The notes under the pieces: generated by a model
What the model was told of the DNA's origin: nothing
Databases searched by the model: none
What the model saw: the letters and a program-made list of their open reading frames with translations, nothing else
Assembly: GCA_964016885.1 (NCBI GenBank)
Contig: OZ024744.1
Location: 5,890,001-5,954,000, forward strand
Direction of reading: 5' to 3'
Source of the DNA: Eledone cirrhosa
Taxonomy: Eukaryota
DNA length: 64,000 nucleotides
Shown: positions 55,665 through 64,000 of the stretch, piece after piece
How the letters are laid out: every line of letters begins with the position of its first letter
How positions within the stretch are numbered: position 1 is the stretch's first letter
Position numbers and translations under genes: made by a program

Positions 55665-58545
55665 GGAAGAAGAGTTTATACAAAAGCTGTATAAACCGAA
55701 CATCGGATCTTAACAAGGATAAATTTTGATTTAAATCTTACAAAAACCCACCCTCAAACCCACTTTTGGATGCATTTGAACAAGACCTAATGGATATGAT
55801 CATGGAGATCAAATTTACAAAACAGAAAAACAATAAACTACAGAATGACATCACGGCACTGCTCAATAATCTAAAAAAACGCCAATGGAATTATTGTTAG
55901 AGCAGACAAAACATCAAACGTATATACCATGGATGTGAACACTTACAATAACTTCATCCGTAAGGAATTGCATAAAAAATACAAGAAAACTAATGAAGCT
56001 ACACTTAAAAACATCAACAACTCGGCATGTGAAATTGTTAAAAAAACTTTGTATTGACGATAGAACGCAACCCTTAACACTAGCTACACCATCCTTCAAC
56101 CTGAAGGACCACAAGGTAAACTTCGATACTGACCCTAAAATTAGACTTATATGCCCCTCTAAATCTGATACAGGCAAAATTAGCAAATATATACTAGACA
56201 GAATTATCCCCCAAGTTAAGGCTAAAGTAGATATTAAACTATGGGGTAATACCCATGAGGCAAAAAGTTGGTTTAATAGCATTACTGATAAGAAAAAATC
56301 AAAATTTATTCAGTTCGATATTGATGAGTATTATTCCTCAATCTCACCTGATACTCTGCATGAAGCTCTTTCGTTCGCTAAGGCTAATTCCGACCTAACG
56401 TATGATGAAATTAGTATTATTATGGAAGCGAGGAAAACTATTGTTAAATTTGATGATAGCTACTGGGTTCGTAAAGATGCACCTTCTAATTTTGATATAA
56501 CTATGGGTTCCAATGATTCGGTGGAAGTAACTGATCTTGTGGGAATTTATATCACCCACAGACTACAAGGAAAATTCAAGGATCTCCACGGTGCACTCTA
56601 CCGTGACGATGCGCTCCTATTAGTTAAGCATATGAATAACCAGAATTTAGAAAGGATGCGTAAAAATATTAGAAAGCTTTTTAAGGAACTAGGATTAAAT
56701 ATTACGTTTGAACATAAACTCAAAGAGGTTCATTTCCTTGATGTTACTTTGAATCTCAATACAGAAACGATTAAACCGTTCCATAAACTAAATGAGAACC
56801 TTAAATATGTAAATACGGGTTCTAACCATCCACCCTCTATAATTAAATCCATCCCTAGAAATATTTCCCTTAGAATCTCCCGCCTGTCGTCCAACCAGCA
56901 AACCTTCAAAGAACATGCCCAATATTATGATGATGCACTTAGGAAGGCTGGACACCTAGATAATATAGAGTATATAGTCGACGATCACCAAAACGCCGAA
57001 AATAAATCTCATAGAGGTAGAAATAGCATAGACTCACCACCATACATACACTACCGCAATAGACACACTAATAGTCGCACACCACCAAACAGAAGGCGAT
57101 GTAAAGAGTATATATGGTACAACCCGGTCTATAACAACTATATTAAAACCAATCTACCCTTACAATTCTTTCGATTAGTTAAAAAACACTTTCCAACATC
57201 ACATAAATATAATAAAATCTTAAACCCTAACACTATTCGACTTCCATATTCAACCGCCCCTAATATTGAACAACATATAACAAAGCTTAACGCAAAACGG
57301 TTGTATAAACGCCTTCCAACACATAACAATACACGTAAAACATCGGCTATAACATCACAAAACAACAAACAACATCCCGTCCTGCCTAAGCAACCTCATC
57401 AACCCATCCATGCTAATACAACAACGCAAAATTATAACTGTAACTGTGTCCAACCAGGAATATGTCTGTTGAACAATCAGTGTCTTGAACGCAACATCAT
57501 ATACAAATGTACTATCGAATCAGGTAGCCAGAAGTGGTACTATGTGGGGTCTACAGCTATCTCCTTCAAATCTCGCCTTTATAGACATCGTTACTCGATA
57601 AAACATGAAAACCAGCGTTATGTAACAACACTCGCAGACAAGGCTTGGCAGCTGCGCGAAAATAACCAACAATTTAACCTAAAATGGGATATAATAGTGT
57701 CTACCCCTGCATATTTCCAAGGACAGGGATTTTGTAAATTGTGTAATATGGAATTATTTTGTATTATGAAATCCAAAAATATTTTATTAAATAACAGAAT
57801 AGAGCGATCGTTATACTGTAACCATCGCTTGAAATCTACATTTTCATATTACAAACGCTACCAGGATTGAACGCCTGTCTCCATCTCCGTTTGATTGTCA
57901 AAATACATATTAACATTCTCTATTAGTCTTAATTCTATCAACTCTTCTATTCTTTACCATTTAATATAAACTGCTATAGATAAAATGAGATTTCTTAATT
58001 CAATTCCCTAATGCATATACCAGCAGGCTACCAGCATTGTTGTTATACAGTAGCAGTGAAAATCTCCCTCTTCCTTAATTGACACTTTATATCTGTATTA
58101 ATACTACTTCACCAAACGACCAGCCCTGTCCATTGTTCAATTGGTCAAGTATAGATTAAAATAGGCACTCCCAAAAATTCTTATTTAGATAAAATAAGCC
58201 ATATACTCATTGTATTCTCATTAGAAACCTTCTATATACTTGTTTACCAGTAAATTGAATTGCCATCTGTCATATACTATCCCCTCTCTTCTTCCTTTCT
58301 TACAACTAATATAAATACTTCAATTTTTCTGATTTTTTCCAATTTATCCAATATCTCTGAAGAAGTGACAACTGATTATACATTTGCTATCGAATACTTG
58401 CTAACATTATATGATTACGCAAGCAGCGATACATAGGTATTCCGTCTGTTACAGTAATATATGTCAATACCTAATAAATTCCTTTATAAAAGCACTTTCA
58501 TTTTATATTCATCTTTTCTACATTTTCTCCGGAATATAATTTATA
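55665..58545 (+). mobile_element. Near full-length Naiad-like PLE; RT-GIY-YIG open for 625 codons (55993-57870), frameshifts upstream
   Basis: ADKT, KDHK, RLICPSKS, QFDIDEYY, FDITMGSND, YRDD, WYNP, CNC, IIY..YVG, CKLC. Confidence 0.93.
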
Positions 58546-58622
58546 CTCGTTGAGCAAACCTACACGTACGCTGTTCATCTCTAACGTGACGATATATTAT
58601 CACTACATTATTGATAACTTGA

Positions 58623-58674
<52 letters not shown>

Positions 58675-59215
58675 TCAGGGTTATGGTTTTGTCGGTGTTT
58701 TTGCATTTAACTAGGTGTTTCTTAAATGAGGAAGCGTTAGTATTGAGGGTTTCTTTTATTCTTATGTGGAGTGGTTTGGTGGTGCTACCTACGTAGAAGT
58801 TGTTGCATTTGTCACACTCTAGTCTGTATACGACGGAAGCCTGGTGGCATAGGTCTGTGTCGTTGATGGGGCAGTTGGCTAGTCTGCAGCAGTTGTCATG
58901 TCTGGTGGGGTGTCTTTTGGTTAGCTGTCCGCGTAGAGAAGGTCCTGAGTGGGCTAGTTGGATATCTAGTCCCTCTCGTCTGATGGCTCTGCGGATGGCT
59001 GTTGTTGTTTCTTCACTGAAGTGTGGGAGCTTCAGGAAGCAAGTGTTAGTGCCTCGGGTGCGGTGTCCTCTGTTCTTTCTGGCACGGTTTGTGGTGGATG
59101 TCGTGTATCCGTTCAGTTTGAGTACTTCCAGGAAATGTGTGGTGTGTGTGTCTCGGTCTCTAGCGTCGGTGCATTTGTTCCGTATACGTGCCAGTTCGTT
59201 CTTGTTCCGGATACG
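58675..59215 (-). pseudogene. Penelope/Poseidon-like GIY-YIG fragment
   Basis: VVYRLECDKCNNFYVGSTTKPLHIRIKE; near-identical to 6200-6745. Confidence 0.85.
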
Positions 59216-59558
59216 TACCAGTGTGTCCATGTAGGGGCTCCCACCGGAGCACTGAGTGCAATGTCAACTCTGGATGTCGGTGAGCATGTACAGCTAATCT
59301 CAATCTCCTCTGTGTCACTTTTGAGCTGACTTTTGGGATGCTCCCATACAGCTCTGAGTTTTTGATCCTCAGTGTATACTGATTAATGTTCAGTGCCATC
59401 CTCAGCATTCTCGTGTAGCACCCATCCACCATCTGAGTGAGTTTCTTGGTCAGTGTCCAAGTCTCAGATTCGTACAGCAGCACAGACTCCACTACAGCAA
59501 TGAAGAGGAGGATATTCAGGTCTTTACGAAGGTCCGACATCCACACCAATCTCAAGCT
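59216..59558 (-). pseudogene. RTE-clade LINE RT thumb fragment
   Basis: LFIAVVESVLLYESETWTLTK..DGCYTRMLRMALNI. Confidence 0.85.
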
Positions 59559-59804
59559 CTATACATACAATACATATATATATTATACATATATATATTA
59601 TACATATATATATTATACATATATATATTATACATATATATATATACATACAATTGACTTTCAAAGGGAGATAATTAGTGATCAGGGGAGATGAATAGGT
59701 TGTACGGTGTAGCAACATTTCATTGAGTATTCTTTTTAAAAATAATAATAATATTTTATAAAAAAACTAAGATGTTACATATATATACATAAGAAATAAT
59801 TATT

Positions 59805-60035
59805 TATACTTTTGGCCCCAGGCCAGCAATTATCCCAGTGTATTACTGGTACTTTAATTTATTGACCCCGTAAAGATGAAAGGTAAAGTTAACCTCGGCG
59901 GGATTTGAAATCAGAATGTAAAGGGCCATAACACTATGCTGCAAAGTATGTTGTTCGATGCTCTACCGATTTTAATAATTGTTTCTACTTTGGGCACAAG
60001 GCCAGCTATTACCCAGTGTATTACTGGTACTTTAT
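59805..60035 (-). mobile_element. SINE plus a duplicated SINE tail
   Basis: Same family as 55388-55570. Confidence 0.75.
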
Positions 60036-60114
60036 TACTGGATTTTAATATTTTCTTATGATAAGAAATAAAAAATATATCTAATTATTACTAGGAGACT
60101 GTATGACGGATGAA

Positions 60115-60149
<35 letters not shown>

Positions 60150-60363
60150 ATGCTTTGGGAGGGTCATGTTGCCAATAAGAAACACACGCACCAGTGTTTT
60201 CACTTCAATTTATTATAAATTAAATTTATAAATTTAGGAATTTATAAATTTCCGGTTGGTTGGTTCCACAACCAGACGATTGTTCATATATTGTCAAAGT
60301 TCTTTCGTCATACATTATGTGACCTCTTCAGTGACTGGGGATTCTTTTCTTTGTTTGTGTATT

Positions 60364-60900
60364 CGTGTGTGTATTCATATACACACTAGTATTTCAGTAT
60401 GCATATGTAGATGTACATTTTTAACTTAATTGTTTAAGCGTCAGTCATACAAAAGTGAGTTACAAACGAAACGAAATTTAATTTCGTTTCGTTATTTGTT
60501 TTTATCGTCTCCGCTGAACCGGTGCGTACTCACACTCTATGCAAATTAGTCTGCCCACTACTAATTTTCATAGAAAAAGCATATAACGATATGTGCTTTT
60601 ACAATTCTCCAGAAAGGCCGGTAGATAGGTAAATATTGCTGATGAGTTGTAACAACAACGAAACTAGTTCAATATTCCTTGTCTGGCTTTCTAGAGAATA
60701 GAGGGAAGGTGTTCCCCCGAAAACCAGTATGACTCTAAAAACCGGTTTGTCTGTGTGTTTACATACAGAATAGCTGGGCCGCTCACTGTAAAGCGACCAG
60801 TGAAAGACTTGGTACACCTACATATGTATACGTGTGTGTATTCATATACACACTAGTATTTCAGTATGCATATGTAGATGTACATTTTTAACTTAATTGT
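60364..60900 (+). mobile_element. 467-bp-period non-coding unit with 70-bp terminal direct repeat and an intact HHR (retrozyme-like)
   Basis: 60364-60433 matches 60831-60900; HHR at 60632-60676; ends in (TA)n. Confidence 0.75.
60632..60676 (+). ncRNA. Minimal type I hammerhead ribozyme with perfect stems
   Basis: AATATTG-CTGATGA-GTTG taacaa CAAC-GAAAC TA GTT-CAATATT; stem III palindrome AACTAGTT. Confidence 0.9.
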
Positions 60901-60962
60901 ATATATATATATATATATTTAAATTTATATATAGTAATAATAGTAAAATTAAATATATATAT

Positions 60963-61009
<47 letters not shown>

Positions 61010-61547
61010 ATATTTAAATATATATATATAGTAATGATAATAAAATTGAAGACTAAAATCCAAAGGCTCGATAAGGATAAATATATATCAAATATATGAG
61101 AACCGTAGAGCAAATATTTATTAAAATAACAGATTAAAGATTAAGCAATGAATCGCTGCTTTCACCCTTAACGGGATCTTCTGAAACTAAAAAGTCAATC
61201 TGTGAACGCAGAAGTAAATATTTCAAAAAACGTTGCAGCCGGAGGAAGACAGGAAGACGATACTTTGGTTCGTGGAAACGTTCCCTGACAAAGAACGAAA
61301 AAAAAACGAAGATAATACGTCATTATTTGGAACGTTGAAAACAATTACACGCAAAGACAAAACCACGTAAATGGTATAACTGAAGCCGTAGACTAAAATT
61401 TTAACTAGGAAACCGAATGATTCTCGGCTTCAGAGTTAAGAGTAAAGTAAATAAAATATAGAGGTAATTGAAATTAAATATATACATATACGCATCCATA
61501 TACGTACATACACAAGCATACGCGAAAACACTCGCCATGGGTATATA

Positions 61548-61695
61548 TTGGTAGAGCATCGGACAACATGCTTTTTCTGAGTTCAGGTCTCGCCGAGGTT
61601 AACTTTGCCTTTCATCCTTACGGGGTCGATAAAATAAAGTACCAGTAATACACTGGGATAATTGTTGGCCTGGTGCCAAAAGTAGAAACAATTAT
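61548..61695 (+). mobile_element. SINE, same family
   Basis: ggtagagcatc (A-box-like), gagttc, gccgaggttaactttgcctttcatcc..gtcgataaaataaagtaccag. Confidence 0.75.
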
Positions 61696-61989
61696 TTCTT
61701 ATGTATATATATGTAACATCTTAGTTTATTATAAATTATTATTATTATTTTTTTAAAAGGAATACTGAATGAAATTTTGCTACACCGTACAACCTATTCA
61801 TCTCCCCTGATCACTAATTATCTCCCTTTGAAAGTCAATTGTATGTTCACTTTCGAATCTAAATAAGATGGAAGCTTTAACGGTTCATAACTAGAACCTT
61901 TATAATATCAAAGCTCCACCCTCGCTGTAGGTCTGTCACTTCGGCGATGGGTTTTGAATTTTGAGATAATATATTACAATTCTCTTTTT

Positions 61990-62086
61990 CGGCTCTGATG
62001 AGAATACTAAATCACATATTTATTTTTACTGTAGTGATATAGATTTTTGATCGGTATTCATAGTGTTTGAAACAAATTGTCTGTCA
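61990..62086 (+). ncRNA. HHR-like motif with long loop 2
   Basis: CTGATGA-GAATACTA..TAGTGTTT-GAAAC aaatt GTC; stem I imperfect. Confidence 0.6.
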
Positions 62087-62139
62087 TTAAAAATATATGT
62101 ATTCATAAATAAATCATTGTTATTCTCTCCAGCCTTATA

Positions 62140-62610
62140 TATATGCAGAAGCGCAATAACAGCAAACACATATAAACACACACTAGTAAACTAAGATATA
62201 ATACAATAACCAAAACACAGTCACCCAAACGCGAACACACACCAAACACTATACACACACGCAAACGCATGCGCAGAGAAGACAAAATAAATAAATAAAT
62301 AAATAAACAGATAAAATAAAAATGGACTAGACATACAATACAACAGCGGGAACATCATAGTACCACTGACAATGTTGCAGATGTGCAACGAAAGAACTTC
62401 GTTAGATTATATATGTGTTTATATCTATATTATATCTGTATTTTTGACTGTTGGTCAGTCAATGGTAAACATTGAGGACGTAATGAATTAACTGTGCAGA
62501 TATAAAAGATACAGAAGCGAAAACCAACCAAACAGTGAGTGTGTTCTGTTACTAATTATGGCAATATTAATACAACAAAATGACCCTCCCCACATATAAC
62601 AATATTTATA
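62140..62610 (+). mobile_element. Solo pLTR of the Nematis-like family; decayed HHR at 62361-62405
   Basis: Homologous to 24845-25285; CTGACAA-tGTTGCA gatg TGCAAC-GAAAG. Confidence 0.8.
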
Positions 62611-62669
62611 TATATATATCATATCTTGCTATTTATATCTATCCATCTTGGTATCTTAATCTTAGGTTG

Positions 62670-64000
62670 TTCTGCGCATTTCGGTGTATCGAACAGTAAG
62701 TACTCGCCAACGGTCACGATCAGCAGAGGCTTTTCCACGTCAGTGCCAAGTGATGCTGGATGCCATCAGGTCTTCTAGGAACGTTCGTCGCCAGGTGATC
62801 CTGGGCAACCCCGCCTCTATTTGCCGCCAGGTGGTGTCCAGTTCTTCGCTGTTTTCGAGTGTTTATCTCGAACCAGCAGTGCCCCCACCACCCCACCCCC
62901 CCACCTCGGTAGCACTGCCAAACTGGGGATTTTTGGAAATTATCCATTGTCCCCGGCTCGAAAGTCCTCCGGAACAGACTGGTAAGTTCGACTTCGTCGA
63001 GAGTGTAAGTTCCACTGACCACATTTCCCGCCCTGTAGATGGCAGTGAGTGCCTGGCAACATTCCAGATGCTAGTCATCCAGTCTCGGTCTCTTCTTTGC
63101 GCAGGATTGCAGTTGAGTCGAAGAAACGAACTGCGGAAAGACTCGTCTGACAAACGGCGACCACACCTGTTCACCGTTTAGGCAGAATATCTGGAGATGC
63201 AACAGCCTCAGCGCGTGTCTGCGCATCATTAGCCATGGTGTTCCCAGCCGTCCACGTAGAGGGTGCTGGCAGCAGATGGACTGCCTCACCAGTGGAACCT
63301 AACCCCTCCACAAGAATTTGAAGAGGAACCGCTCCAAGATGGCGATGCGCGAACGGGGGCAAGGGACGACGGTCAGACGGTAGTAGATGACGGACGCGAT
63401 GTAGGTGTTCGCCACCTCCGCCCGACCTTTCTGTGATAGCTTTCTCCCAGCCCATTTCTGGGAGAGACTGGCTACCCTGCCCGTCACCTCGTCTCAATTC
63501 TTATCCACCTGGAGGTCTGGCCTTAACCAAACCCTTAGCAACTTTACCGGTCCGTCCGTCCAGCGCCTAACGACGCTGTTGGACGGCATGGACTTGCCTG
63601 TCCATGTGCCGAGTTGCAAGCCCACCGACTTTCCCGGGTTAAGTTTTGCTCCCGCCAACCTTTCATATTCCTCCAATAAGTTGCGGACCACCTCGATTTC
63701 TAAGTTGTCCGACACCATCACGGTGATATCGTTCGCATAAGCCGACACAGCCTTTCCGCGTCCCGGATCGAGCGGGATGCCCTGCAACAGCTCCAGCTTC
63801 CGCAGTAAAGGCTCGAGTGTCAATACGTACAGAAGGGAGGAGAGAGGGCACCCTTGACAGACCGATCGGGAGACCTGAAACGGTTCCGAGAGGTGGCCAT
63901 TAATTTTGACCGCCGAACAGGTGCCGCTGTGCATTGCAGCGATCCAGCTTCTGAAGACGGGGCCGAAGCCAGCCGCCTTGAGGACAGCCTCCAGGTACCG
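62670..64000 (-). pseudogene. L1/Tx1-clade LINE reverse transcriptase fragment (runs off the window end)
   Basis: VKINGHLSEPF..RSVCQGCPLSSLLYVLTLEPL, VSAYANDITV, GAKLN..KS, LSQKGRAEV, FKFLW; GC-rich. Confidence 0.88.

Noticed and set aside
58350-58480. Expected HHR in the 3' UTR of the 55.7-58.5 kb Naiad (CTGAAGA at 58357)
   Set aside because: No convincing GAAA box or stems could be assigned by eye
62684-63740. Plus-strand GC-rich ORFs as a host gene
   Set aside because: Antisense shadows of the L1/Tx1 RT on the minus strand

Overview
Eukaryotic (animal, probably cephalopod/octopus-like; inferred from SINE type and (TA)n/(CA)n load) intergenic DNA. No host exon could be identified. The window is an almost continuous nest of retroelements set in microsatellites. 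It is dominated by Penelope-like elements (PLEs; RT + C-terminal GIY-YIG endonuclease) of at least four lineages (Naiad-like, Neptune-like, Nematis-like, Penelope/Poseidon-like), most with the typical 5' inverted segment and a 3' end running into (TA)n. Also present are RTE and L1/Tx1 LINE fragments, tRNA-type SINEs, two non-autonomous Helitrons (one with a six-copy 172-bp head array) and a hAT remnant. The hidden layer is RNA. Reading both strands by eye gives about 30 intact or decayed type I hammerhead ribozyme (HHR) motifs from roughly 15 families. Highlights: (i) three ORF-less, terminally repeated HHR units of 311, 467 and 591 nt that look like retrozymes; (ii) a compensatory U3-A8 catalytic core (UUGANAA) shared by all Neptune-like families; (iii) a full-length Neptune-like element with a coiled-coil ORF1 joined to RT through a U_UUU_UUA -1 slippery site; (iv) long DNA palindromes whose fold-back points lie inside ribozymes. 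All structures were assigned by eye. Boundaries are approximate and no activity is demonstrated.
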